Below are positions 31,631 through 42,045 of a stretch of 64,000 nucleotides of DNA, piece by piece. The position numbers and the translations under genes are program-made. Source of the stretch: Trypanosoma brucei (taxonomy: Eukaryota). The stretch lies in NCBI GenBank assembly GCA_000002445.1, contig CP000068.1:1216001-1280000 (forward strand), read 5' to 3'. How positions within the stretch are numbered: the first letter of the stretch is position 1; the number at the start of each line of letters is the position of its first letter. The notes below the pieces were generated by a model. The model was not told the DNA's origin. It made no database searches and worked only from the letters and a program-made list of their open reading frames with translations.

Positions 31631-33784
31631 CTATACTGCAGGTGTTTTCCTCAAACACCTATTCAAGTATAAATAACCCAACACACACGTTAAAACGCTT
31701 GCAGCAAAGAAAACAACGGATTCCCAATAGGGCCCAATCATCGCGCCCCGCGCACCAAAACTCATTTGTGGCCCGCTTACCACGTGCAGAGCATAACGCG
31801 CACTCCTATACACAGTTTGATTAAGCCAATCCTCATCCAATTTCCATAAAGGTTCCTTCTCTTCATCTCGAAACTTCAGCCCCCGAGGCACAGCAGCGGA
31901 AAGCATCGGTTGTTCCCATCCAATATGCTTCAAACTTGCCTGAATTGCCTCCTCCACGGCAGTAGGGTTAGTTGTGACACTGTTGCCCAACACACCGACG
32001 CTGTAATCGGGGATGCCCACCGGGGATCCGGATTCCACGGCACGCCGCTCCAGGAAACTGCACTTCGTGTTTACAGTAAAGCATTCCCACAACTGGTGCA
32101 CAAGGGTGCGGTCAACCCCAACCGCGACACCCGGTAGAACGACGCGAAGTAATGCATCAGCCGCCTCTGCAATGGACTCAGCGCTAAGAGAGACACTGTC
32201 GTTGTGGGACATGGAGTCTCTTACCGTAAAAACGTTAGGATTTGCATACGTTGTGTTGTAGCGTGTCAGCGTTAAGAAAGTTTTTTTCACTATCGTTGAT
32301 TTACCCAGAAGGTCGAGAACTGTCGTGATGGGTGAGTACGGCAATTGGCGGGTTGCTGCGCGGGAAACAGAAGCCTTTTCGAGCGCCGCTTCTGCCTCCG
32401 CTTGTGCAGTGACTTGACTACGTGATGCAGCAGACGCTCTGCTGTCTACATGGTAAAACAGTGGGGACCCGTCTGTTGCCACTTGGTCGAATGAAACAAA
32501 CGTGTCCACAGAGTCAAAGTCTACGGTTGTGAAGTTCAGGTTACCTCCGTATGCTACTGAACATGACTTCAGGCCCTTATACGCGCATGCCAGCTGCATA
32601 GCGTCGGATACGAAACGTGAGCTGCCAATGCTCCCAACGTGTTCACCAGGGAAGAAAAATGCATACACATCACGCGAAGGGGCTTTGATGCCGTCCAAAA
32701 CCCGCTTCAGCACGTCCATTACTGCCAACGCTGCGACAATACCGCTGGCAGGGCAGTCAGCACCAGGCGTCGTGCCATGCACGAGCGACACCGCTGTTGA
32801 CGCCACCATGATAGCAATAGCGCCCTTCCGCGTTTTCTTCACAAACGATGGCTTCCTTGTGTTGCCGCCGCTCCACTCCCATTTTGTGTCTGCATTACTT
32901 GCCCACACAGTCCAACCACCTAATGGACTGCACCTCGGCAACGAGGCGCCATTCAAACAATCAGTTAAGGCTGAAATGGACGTCATGTGTGGAGCCAACT
33001 CCCCTCCACTCCGTGTTTCTACAACGTTGTATGGATGCGGTGTCTTCACCCACCGCTGGCGGTTAAACGTGGCGGCCTCCACAAGGGCTGCCCACTCGCC
33101 CCTGTCGGAAGCGCTCCTTCTCTCCACAGATGGGGAATTGCTGGCGATATAGAGCACTTCAAAGTCGTAGGAACTCCTCACAACGTGTGGTATCAACAGT
33201 GGATCCCCGCTTCCGCAGGAAGTATTACACGAGGATGAACATTGTTGAGTATCATCGGAGTAGAGTACCGCAGTGATGTTCAGTAAGCGATTCCTTTCGG
33301 TGAGCTGCAATGTGTTGTATTGTTTGGCGGCATCGAGGAGACACTTTATGTCACATTCACTCCTAACCTTTCCCTCTCCCAGAGCCACGATACCGAAACC
33401 TTTTACTCCAGATTCAAGTGGGGGCTTCATTGCACCGAGCAGCGAAACGAGCATGGTGGGCCTACACTCAGCCAATTTCAACTGTTCCAGTTCATCTGCT
33501 TTAAGAAGGAGTAGTGAATGGGCACCCTCTCTCCCACCTCCACCTGCACAACCCCAATACTCCCCCATTATACCACCTCTCGACGCTTCAGTTGGTGTTA
33601 TGACATCCCTGAGGATGCAGTGACCCGCAGTATCATAATTTCTGAAGTAAGCACGGTACGCCATGTCGTATGGCTGTTGCGGAACATCTCTAGAGAAGCT
33701 CTGCGTTGCGACGGCGGCAGGAATCTGTGAGAACAACAACAGCAGCACTGCTACTGCAAGAAAGTGATCAACACCTTGTAACAT
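31631..33784 (-). CDS. Nicastrin-like type-I membrane glycoprotein (M28/aminopeptidase-like ectodomain).
   Basis: Signal peptide LQGVDHFLAVAVLLLLFSQIPAAVATQ; a large ectodomain with many N-x-S/T sequons; FFFPGEHVGSIGSSRFVSD resembles the nicastrin DYIGS/GSSR motif region; a single C-terminal transmembrane helix VVFFAASVLTCVLGYLYL and a short basic tail. The ORF-track start at 33787 is TTG; the ATG is at 33784. Confidence 0.5.
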   Translation of the reverse strand: MLQGVDHFLAVAVLLLLFSQIPAAVATQSFSRDVPQQPYDMAYRAYFRNYDTAGHCILRDVITPTEASRGGIMGEYWGCAGGGGREGAHSLLLLKADELEQLKLAECRPTMLVSLLGAMKPPLESGVKGFGIVALGEGKVRSECDIKCLLDAAKQYNTLQLTERNRLLNITAVLYSDDTQQCSSSCNTSCGSGDPLLIPHVVRSSYDFEVLYIASNSPSVERRSASDRGEWAALVEAATFNRQRWVKTPHPYNVVETRSGGELAPHMTSISALTDCLNGASLPRCSPLGGWTVWASNADTKWEWSGGNTRKPSFVKKTRKGAIAIMVASTAVSLVHGTTPGADCPASGIVAALAVMDVLKRVLDGIKAPSRDVYAFFFPGEHVGSIGSSRFVSDAMQLACAYKGLKSCSVAYGGNLNFTTVDFDSVDTFVSFDQVATDGSPLFYHVDSRASAASRSQVTAQAEAEAALEKASVSRAATRQLPYSPITTVLDLLGKSTIVKKTFLTLTRYNTTYANPNVFTVRDSMSHNDSVSLSAESIAEAADALLRVVLPGVAVGVDRTLVHQLWECFTVNTKCSFLERRAVESGSPVGIPDYSVGVLGNSVTTNPTAVEEAIQASLKHIGWEQPMLSAAVPRGLKFRDEEKEPLWKLDEDWLNQTVYRSARYALHVVSGPQMSFGARGAMIGPYWESVVFFAASVLTCVLGYLYLNRCLRKTPAV

Positions 33785-33864
33785 CAATATTCTGAACTAA
33801 AACAGGAAGCGTTCCTTTCCACCTTGAAGTTAATGTCTGCAAATGTAAGAGAGGTGGTGGTAAA

Positions 33865-33896
33865 ATATACATATACATATATATATATATTATAAT
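33865..33896. repeat. (ATAC)/(AT)n simple repeat.
   Basis: atacatatacatatatatatatattata, read directly. Confidence 0.85.
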
Positions 33897-34137
33897 AATG
33901 CCCAAGCAAAGTGCTTTGACCGAAGAGATAATGTGTGAGCTGGAGGTTACACCTTTTGTATTACTCAAATGCAGTAAAAGTTGTAGTGATTACAGACTGG
34001 AGTGGGGACTGCAGCACATAGCTTGTGGCTCCTAATCAGTAACAAAACAAGAGAAAACATCAATACATCATTCCCCCAGGTGACTGACGCGGGATTCCCA
34101 CCCTATCAGGAAAATTTATTTCGACTCGCTCTTCATT

Positions 34138-35964
34138 CTAAGCGTCCTGCGACGGACGGAAAGGAGTCCTCATAGAGGCGTGTGATGCGAGGGAAACAGC
34201 CCGGTTTCCACCAGTCCCTTCAACCACGTTTGGCGCCCCGCAGCACTGGTTTCCAACTAGTGGCGGTAGAGGTTGCGGTGGTCCTCTGTATCCTGCGCAC
34301 TCAGGGTCGAAACATTTCTGAACCCACATCCCGCAATGAAGATCAACACTTATGTAAACGTTGTTGGATCGGTGCTGGCGCCCAATGTTGCCGCAGTAGC
34401 GGGACCCCTTCAACATGAATAGTAGGTAACGGTCGCCACAGCGGCGAATGGAGCTCACACCGCACTCAACGCCACCCGCAGAACTCCACTGTTCGCCAAT
34501 GTATTTGGCGAGTGCACTGTACCTCTCGGCCTCTTCAAGAGGCAGTTGCTTACTCAACAAATTGCCTCCCTTAGTAGAAGCATTTGGTGTACCACTGACA
34601 CTACGTGGCGGTGACACGTCAGGTACAGTAACAACTCGTTGGGTCCCATGTGGCAAAGTAATGAGCGATGCAAAGAATAGCGAAACCGCATCCGTCATCC
34701 GCTCTGTTGTCTTCTCCAAAGCGAGAATGCTTGTCTTATGAAGCTTGCAGCTCCCAAGGCACCGCATTGTACGGTTCCGACTGTATACAGCCGAATCAAT
34801 AACGCACCTCAGGGGCAAAAAGGGCAGGTTGGGTGCGTCCTCCGAGGGAAGCACAGGGAAATGCTTCGGCACGTCATGGTAAAACAAAGCTGTGTGAAGT
34901 TGTACATCACTTTCCACCCGCTCATACAGGTAGTCGATGAACTGCGAAACAAGTCGTCCAACATCTCCGTTGCTCCCAAACCAGTGTCCATCAAACTTCA
35001 CAACATAGTGCTGTGAGAACTTTGCACTACCTTTGCCATCGTATTGGTGTTGCTGAACCGATCGCATAACTAATACGCTTACGCCCAAACCAAGCGGCCA
35101 CTCTTCAAAGAATGTATCGTGTTCACTAGGGGTAGTGGGGCACCCGGAAACGTCCCTTTTAAGCTGCAGATGATCCTGCTTGAGACCCGACAGTAGCTCA
35201 GGATATACCTCACGAAGAAACGTATAAAGTTCCCTCAGCAATAGTGTGGTGGTCTTACTGTTGTCAGCTCGAATCCTACAATTCCACGGGCAGCAGCGAG
35301 GGGGCCTCCAGAGAGCTGTTTCCAGCGCTGAAGCGTATGTTGTACTTTCACATTCATATACGTCGGCCACGCATTTGTTCGAATCGTTATCGCCGCACGA
35401 GCTGTCGCTGTCACTGTCTACAACATGCACAACGGGGCGCCAAGCTGAGTAATCCCTCTCCCGCTCAACATCCAAATACATGTGGCATGCCGCTTTTTCT
35501 CGTATTACTTCATAGAGGTGCTGTTGTAGCGGCTCGATGTCTTCAACTATTTGCGCTAACCCTTCAACAGTGGCAGCCAGAAACATCCGCGACTGGCCCG
35601 AGAGCGGCGTTTCACCGTAAAGTATTGAATAATCTTCACGAAGTGCAAGTTTGGGTCGTCCTGCGTTGGAGTACTCCATCTTTACATCCCCATCACTGGA
35701 ACGCTTGCGAAACAACCGCCCCGCAGCACTCGCCGAACTGGAAGGTGCGGAACGAATACTGCGCGAGGCGAGAATGTGGACGGCCTCCTCTTCTGATGGA
35801 AACTCCACGCTGAAGGGCAGCCATCGCTGGCCTCCCTCGATGTCGAGCTTGTCCTCACCATTATTCCTCGAGTCAATGAAATCAAAAAGTTGTTGCTGCG
35901 TTGGAAAGAGGCGGCACTTCTCACTATCAAAGTGCTCCGTGAACGTTGCCCTACACCAGAGCAT
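34138..35964 (-). CDS. PrimPol-like primase-polymerase (archaeo-eukaryotic primase fold with a UL52-type zinc finger).
   Basis: AEP motif I MYLDVERE (D165/E167), motif II KFSQHYVVKF (S317/H319; compare human PrimPol KFSRHLIF), and motif III VIDSAVYSRNRTMRCLGSCK (D390). Zinc finger C524-x6-H531-x19-C551-x4-C556, the same spacing as human PrimPol C419/H426/C446/C451. Confidence 0.75.
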   Translation of the reverse strand: MLWCRATFTEHFDSEKCRLFPTQQQLFDFIDSRNNGEDKLDIEGGQRWLPFSVEFPSEEEAVHILASRSIRSAPSSSASAAGRLFRKRSSDGDVKMEYSNAGRPKLALREDYSILYGETPLSGQSRMFLAATVEGLAQIVEDIEPLQQHLYEVIREKAACHMYLDVERERDYSAWRPVVHVVDSDSDSSCGDNDSNKCVADVYECESTTYASALETALWRPPRCCPWNCRIRADNSKTTTLLLRELYTFLREVYPELLSGLKQDHLQLKRDVSGCPTTPSEHDTFFEEWPLGLGVSVLVMRSVQQHQYDGKGSAKFSQHYVVKFDGHWFGSNGDVGRLVSQFIDYLYERVESDVQLHTALFYHDVPKHFPVLPSEDAPNLPFLPLRCVIDSAVYSRNRTMRCLGSCKLHKTSILALEKTTERMTDAVSLFFASLITLPHGTQRVVTVPDVSPPRSVSGTPNASTKGGNLLSKQLPLEEAERYSALAKYIGEQWSSAGGVECGVSSIRRCGDRYLLFMLKGSRYCGNIGRQHRSNNVYISVDLHCGMWVQKCFDPECAGYRGPPQPLPPLVGNQCCGAPNVVEGTGGNRAVSLASHASMRTPFRPSQDA

Positions 35965-36261
35965 CTGCCTCTACAGTTTGCGCATTGACTTTACTACAAA
36001 CTTCACTTTTGATATCGGGCCAAGAAGGGTAATGACCATGATACAAACAGTGTGAAAATAAAGCAGGTGACTAAAGCAACAATGATAAAAAGGGTGCAAA
36101 TAAACGTCGAGGGAGCCCAACAACATGCTCACAGAAGTGTTGGAAACAGCCTCACACGCACGATACTTCATACCACGTATGCGATAAAACTAAAACCTCC
36201 CCCCACACACCCCTTGTTTCCTTCTCCCAATCTCCCTGTAGTTTTGTCCTGAGAGGCGGTT

Positions 36262-37863
36262 TCACACATTCGTGTGGGGGCTCTCATCATTATCATCGCT
36301 CTTATTGCCGCTACAACTACGTTCTCTCATGAGTTGTAAATCATGAAGCACAGCACCCAAAAACGCCTTGCACGCCGACTCCCGGGCGCTTGTGTACCGC
36401 CATGAAATTGCCCTTCCAGCCGCACGCCCACCGACAACAAGGGACACTTCGAAAAGTCTTGCGTGCGGTTGGTTGAGCCCGTCAAGATAGCTACTCACTG
36501 GCTCACCATCTGTGGATAGGGGAACACCGTTCCGCATGTCAGACTGTGTATCATAAAAAACAGGGTCACGCACAGGATCCTTGAATTTCAGCCGCGCAAT
36601 TTTCTGCCCGTTCACAGGCTGCTTCTGCCCGTAGGAATCGGCAAAGTAATTGGCCACAGTGGAAAAGTCAACCGAATTACGGGATGCAGCACCGCGCTTG
36701 CACTGTTCCCATTCATCTGACGGTAGCCAACCGCTTCCATCATTTACACCGCCATGATCATCAACACCTGCCGTCTGCAGAAACTTTTTCTCCCGTTCCA
36801 CACGCTGTTTCCACATATCGACGGCATCTAAGCCCCTGGGCCCGGTTGCTATTGATGAGAGAATGTCTTTAACGTTCCCAGAGGTATTTCCCTCATCACC
36901 TCTTTCCACTAACTCGTCAATTGTTAGTGTGTCAGTCGCAGGATTACTTATCCCGAAACCTGAGCAAAGAACCACATCACCGTTAGCGGCACTCCCGTCT
37001 TTTACATGTACATCATCATCATTACAACTCCCGCCACCACCTTGGCCGTTGCTGTTGGAATCGCTACCGACATCGCGAGGGGTGCAGCACCCCGCTGAGA
37101 GACTTCTCGTCCTTGAGACAAACTGCGCCTGCAGTCCTTGAGCGGCGAGAATAGCCTCCGCAACGTTCATTGGTGGAAAATGCTGCAGTGTCCTCAGGAG
37201 AAGTTTAGTGGCAGCATTTGGGAGACCCGTATTAAGCCGGTTGCCATACACATGCAACAGCAGTTCCCGGGTTGCGTCTCGCCCTAAGTGGTGGTGCACG
37301 GCCCCAACGAAGTGCGAGAAAACCCAACCAAGTGGGCTTTGGCCACAACGAAGGGGTGTCATGTGGAATGATGTGCCCAATGTGTCACGACCGCGCAGCC
37401 CCACGTGTTTGGGAGTAAGAAACTCAAGTTTTGCTGTCCCCACCGACTCATTATCCTGATCTCTCGCAAGGTCATTGACGCCGAGGGGAACAGCTAGTTC
37501 GTCGAAATGGAGATCTTTAGCGAAAAGACGAAGTGTAAAGTGATTATGCAACACTGCGTTCAGTTGCTTGCAAGCATTCGCTGTTAGTACTAAACCCGCG
37601 TGCATCGCGTACTGCAGCACCTCTGTGGAAAGGAAATCGTCAATAGCTATGTCGCCCAGCATCGTGAAGTGGTGATTCTCTATCGTAAAATGAGGTGTGA
37701 ACAGTGGCATGAACGCCTGCAGCACAGCACGGTCGCCAAACTGCGCCGCATTATTTTCCACAACATTGCGTAATCCGCACCGCAGAAACAGCTCGCGCAA
37801 TCGATCCACAGGAACTGCCACGCGTCGGGGGGCAAGTAGAAGTCCCCAAAAGCAACAGAACAT
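36262..37863 (-). CDS. Hypothetical protein with an Arg-rich N-terminus (possible mitochondrial presequence) and a low-complexity Gly/Ser/Asn/Asp-rich C-terminal half.
   Basis: The ORF-track start at 37890 is GTG; the first ATG is 37863 (MFCCFWGLLLAPRRVAVP...). There is a weak, unconvincing resemblance to nucleotidyltransferase head motifs (LGDIAIDDF). Confidence 0.45.
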   Translation of the reverse strand: MFCCFWGLLLAPRRVAVPVDRLRELFLRCGLRNVVENNAAQFGDRAVLQAFMPLFTPHFTIENHHFTMLGDIAIDDFLSTEVLQYAMHAGLVLTANACKQLNAVLHNHFTLRLFAKDLHFDELAVPLGVNDLARDQDNESVGTAKLEFLTPKHVGLRGRDTLGTSFHMTPLRCGQSPLGWVFSHFVGAVHHHLGRDATRELLLHVYGNRLNTGLPNAATKLLLRTLQHFPPMNVAEAILAAQGLQAQFVSRTRSLSAGCCTPRDVGSDSNSNGQGGGGSCNDDDVHVKDGSAANGDVVLCSGFGISNPATDTLTIDELVERGDEGNTSGNVKDILSSIATGPRGLDAVDMWKQRVEREKKFLQTAGVDDHGGVNDGSGWLPSDEWEQCKRGAASRNSVDFSTVANYFADSYGQKQPVNGQKIARLKFKDPVRDPVFYDTQSDMRNGVPLSTDGEPVSSYLDGLNQPHARLFEVSLVVGGRAAGRAISWRYTSARESACKAFLGAVLHDLQLMRERSCSGNKSDDNDESPHTNV

Positions 37864-38437
37864 GCTCCGCGTCCGGCAACACCTTCCCACTTCACAGACG
37901 CGTAATGAGGGCTAGGGCGTTTGAACCACACATGTAAATTCGACAAAAAAGATGATCGGTAACAAAAAGAAAAAGAGGGACAGTTTTAACTGGCGCGTAG
38001 TTGCGCACACTCGGCATCAAAAGGTGGCTTCACTTCGGTAAGTTACAACGTTAAAAGCACGTCAATGAATAGAGCACGAGGATTGGAACAAACCGGAACA
38101 CTTCATTTTTTTCACTTACTCTCTGCAAACCTTCCCCATTCTATCACTTCAGTGCTCTCAGGATGCCGAACCACCGCGACTCTCGCAACAGTTCAAAATC
38201 ACGCTAAGAAGCAATGACCGCTACCACTGATGTACAAACTCAAGAGAAAAAGGAATGGCCTACTTTTCACATCGGCAGCAAGCGCAAAAGCGCACACCAG
38301 GGCGGAGCATGCCGCAAGAAAGAAAATGAGAGACACAAGCATAACAGACGGTCCCATACAAACAAGGCCAGAGACACGAAAGAAAAAACTCATGAAGAGG
38401 CACCAGCGTTCCAGTGTTGGTGTCGCTGTTGATTTTT

Positions 38438-39163
38438 TTACAAATGAATCACGGCGTCGAATATTTGTTCATCCACACAAGGCATGTCCTCGAGTGATGA
38501 GTCACTAAAATCCACAGAATCTTCGTATTCTTTTAACCACGCGGTAATCTCTGAGCGCCCCTGTACTTCGAGAGGCACAGAAAGCTCTGCAGCTGGCCTC
38601 CTTCGCTCACGTTTGACGGTGTGCGTCGTGGAAGTCGCTGCCGCAGGTGAAGGGGCCACGGATTGTCCTAAATGAGGTAATGCATGTGCGACGGGAGCTG
38701 CACCCGTTTTTTGTTGCTGCAGCTGCTGACACTCGCGCGGATCTATTACCCTCGCCAACAGTGACTCCAGTAAAGAGCTGCGAGGAGTTCCTTGGCTCGG
38801 TTGATACTGTCGTTGCTGCTCCACTATATGGCGCTCAGCCTCCCCCACCATGCTAATGTTGCACTCTTCTTCAAACACACCGCCCGCTAATTTCAATCCA
38901 TGCGTTCGCAAAAAGTCTTCAATCAACAGCAACGCTACACGGCCCTCTAACGGCAACTCTGCCGGCTGCAACACCGTTCCCAAGGCGGAATCGCGTAAAC
39001 AAGGATCCGCTCGTATTACGCCAATGGCAGCTGCTCGCAGCTGCGCCCGCATTTTGCCCATCACACCCGACTCCCGCATGGCAGCCGCGAAGGCCTGTTG
39101 CAACCCTAGTAGAGTTGTGTTGATTTCATTCACATCATCCTCCATGGCATGGCCCTCTTCCAT
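38438..39163 (-). CDS. LisH/FOP-dimerisation-motif protein (candidate centrosome or basal-body protein).
   Basis: LLIEDFLRTHGLKLAGGVFEEE matches the LisH/FOP N-terminal pattern. The remainder is predicted helical with a Q-rich tract. 241 aa. Confidence 0.45.
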   Translation of the reverse strand: MEEGHAMEDDVNEINTTLLGLQQAFAAAMRESGVMGKMRAQLRAAAIGVIRADPCLRDSALGTVLQPAELPLEGRVALLLIEDFLRTHGLKLAGGVFEEECNISMVGEAERHIVEQQRQYQPSQGTPRSSLLESLLARVIDPRECQQLQQQKTGAAPVAHALPHLGQSVAPSPAAATSTTHTVKRERRRPAAELSVPLEVQGRSEITAWLKEYEDSVDFSDSSLEDMPCVDEQIFDAVIHL

Positions 39164-39841
39164 CTGATCAGGCTCCTCTCTTTGGCCTTCTCAACTCTAC
39201 ACTCTCTCTAACGTATGCTAAAGCTGATGCTTAGTCTTTTGTGGCTCAACGTCAACAAGAAACCTTTACGTTGTGAACGTTACCGCACGCGTGGGAGGGA
39301 GCCGGCCGCTCACTGATTTGTCGCAACTCCCCTCTCGCCAGGCGCCTTCAACTGCTGGGTCGCAGAGGCACCTGAGGGCTCCAAAGAGGAAGGCTCCTTA
39401 AAATGCAAAGAGGAAAAGGGGGAAAAAGAGGAAAACACCCACTTTTGAAGAGAGTCGGTAAGAAGGTACAAAACAAAAAAAAAAGAAAAAGGCCACAAAG
39501 ACGGCTGCTAAAACTATACACTTCAAGCATCGATCGTGATCACCAATTAATCTCGGAAGAATGCACAACACACTTGTGGCAACCGCGACACATAAATAAC
39601 TGCTCCTAAACACCATGTCGGGTATGAACAGTGCATCGCCTCCGCTCTACAATCAGCAACAGACCCCGCATAACGTTAAATTACCCGGTTAATTGCATAC
39701 ATTTGTGTACTTGTGTACGACAAACGGCGGTGTTAACACCTTCAGAACAGTCCTGTACAATTAGTCGATCCTTACGTCGAACGAATGGAGAGACATCCTC
39801 ACAGAGACGAATACGGACAGCGAGTCCCTTCATCCACGCCG

Positions 39842-41284
39842 TTAAAGGCTCAGTTTGAAAAAGCGAACGGTGCCATCGTCGCTGGTTGAAGCAACTACAC
39901 CGCTACTTTCAACTATCGCAAAACTTAATACCATTCGTCGGTGCCCCATAAGTCGGACGAGTGGTTCCTGCTGCTGAGACCTTCCATCCCACACCTTAAT
40001 CTCTCCATCGCTACAACCAGCAACAACAAAATAACCACTTGCCCAAGCAGCAGGAATAACGCTCTCCCCAACCTGAAACACTGTACGCAGTTTGAGGTCC
40101 GCGGCACTCCACACCGCTACACGGCAATCGCATGACGCTGAAAGAAGAAGCTGCGGCGGGGTCGTGTGACTTCCACGGCTACCAACGTTCACGTGTAGAC
40201 TTTCAATGGCTTGGGTGTGCACCTCCGGAAGGGAGGTCACCACGCGGCCGCTGTTGAGCGAAATAACGTGTAGCGTCCCGTCCGCGCAGCCCACCACACA
40301 CCGGTCATCGTAGTCACCCAACGGGGCTTCGCCACTGCTGTCACCTAAACAGCAGAGAGTTGTGACCGACGCCCTGTCAGCACTCAGACCTTTCGCAATG
40401 TGAAACTCCTGCTGCCCAGTTCGCGGCGCAAAAACCACAACGGCACCATCACTGGCACCTGCAACGAGGCGCTTGCGGCACGGCGTCCACGCTGTGCACG
40501 TTATGCCCCCGCCGTGGCCCGCGAAGTACATCGCAAGTGTTCCCTTTGATACGTTCCACATTGCCGCTTGTCCGTCGTCCGCCCCAGCCACGAGAACAAG
40601 ACCTGAGGGATGCCACAGGAGCGTGAGCAACTCACCACTTAAGTCACGCAGTGCGTGCCGCAGTTTCCAGGTTACTGTACACCATATGGCAACGACGCCA
40701 TCGAGACCTCCACTTGCGAGTGTTGTGCCATCCGGCGAGAAGGCCAAAATACTAATCGTATCGGCGTGAGCCTCCCGCAGTACAGCGAGGTTGTGCACCG
40801 AGCGGCTCTCTTCATCCAGCTTAAGTACGTACACCTCGTCACTCTGGCCACCTGCTACAAATAATCCAGAATCAGCGGGGTGTACAGCAACAGCATGCAC
40901 GGGAGAGGCATCACGCGCGGTAAAGAAGCACAATGCGTCATCACGCTCCGGCTCGCAGTCAGGCACCTCGTTAAGATCCTCAACATCGGCATCATCCTCT
41001 TCACCATCAGTACCCGCCCCATTTCCAACGCCATCGTCATCGTAGTTATCCTCTTCTCCGTTATTGAGGTCCGTTTCCGCCATGCGCTTCCGACTTCCAT
41101 GTGCAGGAACGTTGTAGGCTACGTTGTCGTCATCTTCTTCAATCTCTGCCATATTATCTTCATCAACGATCTCATTGTTTGGGTCGTCAAGGTCAATAAA
41201 GGCATCTTGTGCCATTTCAGGGTCAACAATGCCGTCCCTCATGGTTTGTTCCGGTAAGTTACCAGCCGTCAGGGGCCTCTGCAT
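39842..41284 (-). CDS. WD40-repeat protein with an acidic N-terminal region (AAMP/Sqt1-like or GRWD1/Rrb1-like ribosome-assembly chaperone family).
   Basis: Acidic block EIVDEDNMAEIEEDDDN...EEDNYDDDGVGNGAGTDGEEDDADVEDL, then about 7 WD repeats (repeated GH/WD dipeptide units, e.g. ...ASGGLDGVVAIW, ...AGADDGQAAMW, ...AGCSDGEIKVWD, ...STSDDGTVRFF). The ORF-track start at 41527 is GTG ahead of low-complexity junk. The ATG at 41284 is preceded by a polypyrimidine tract and an AG. Confidence 0.7.
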   Translation of the reverse strand: MQRPLTAGNLPEQTMRDGIVDPEMAQDAFIDLDDPNNEIVDEDNMAEIEEDDDNVAYNVPAHGSRKRMAETDLNNGEEDNYDDDGVGNGAGTDGEEDDADVEDLNEVPDCEPERDDALCFFTARDASPVHAVAVHPADSGLFVAGGQSDEVYVLKLDEESRSVHNLAVLREAHADTISILAFSPDGTTLASGGLDGVVAIWCTVTWKLRHALRDLSGELLTLLWHPSGLVLVAGADDGQAAMWNVSKGTLAMYFAGHGGGITCTAWTPCRKRLVAGASDGAVVVFAPRTGQQEFHIAKGLSADRASVTTLCCLGDSSGEAPLGDYDDRCVVGCADGTLHVISLNSGRVVTSLPEVHTQAIESLHVNVGSRGSHTTPPQLLLSASCDCRVAVWSAADLKLRTVFQVGESVIPAAWASGYFVVAGCSDGEIKVWDGRSQQQEPLVRLMGHRRMVLSFAIVESSGVVASTSDDGTVRFFKLSL

Positions 41285-42045
41285 TTTTAGTTGCTGCAAC
41301 GAAAGTTTTTCTCCCCAGAACAAACAATTTTCTTTCTTTGTAGCGAGAAGAAAAAGAATGGAAAAAAATACGGGTAGAAAAGTCATACGTGCATATGAAT
41401 AGGTTAAAACGTATATACGCACACGCACGTTGAGGGCAAAACATACAACCAAAACTTGTAAAGATACATGAACACTCCTGTACGTAAGGTGTGAATTAGA
41501 TGGCTCGCGTACAAGCAGCGAACACACGCATCTACGTATCCAGTGGGAAGGCAGGTACTACCCCACTTCCGTGCGCATATATTTGTAGTCAAACAAATAA
41601 ACATATATATTTATATATTCATGCTTGCTGCACCTCGCAGTGGGAGATTCAGACACCAACATGCACTTGTATCTCCCTTGTGTATAAAAACATGACCATG
41701 GAGAGTCAAAAGAAGCTCAGAGCACGGCTTCATACGATACACCACCATTAACCCACGTGGTCAACGGCCTGTCCATCAAGGACAAACAACAACAATAATA
41801 AAAGGAAACACTGGTATCAATCTTACAAACGTATAATCGAAGAAGCAAACGGGTAGGAGAATGGAGAGGTATCCCCCCAATAAACACATATGCAGCAAAG
41901 AAAGAGGAAACAAACTCACGCTCTGACATAAATGGAAACACGCGTAAAATGTAATCGTAAACACACAGACGTTAACAAACAAATACAAACACGCACCTGA
42001 TTGCAATGGCACAGCTTCTTCAGTTTGAAAACAGACACCTGAAGG

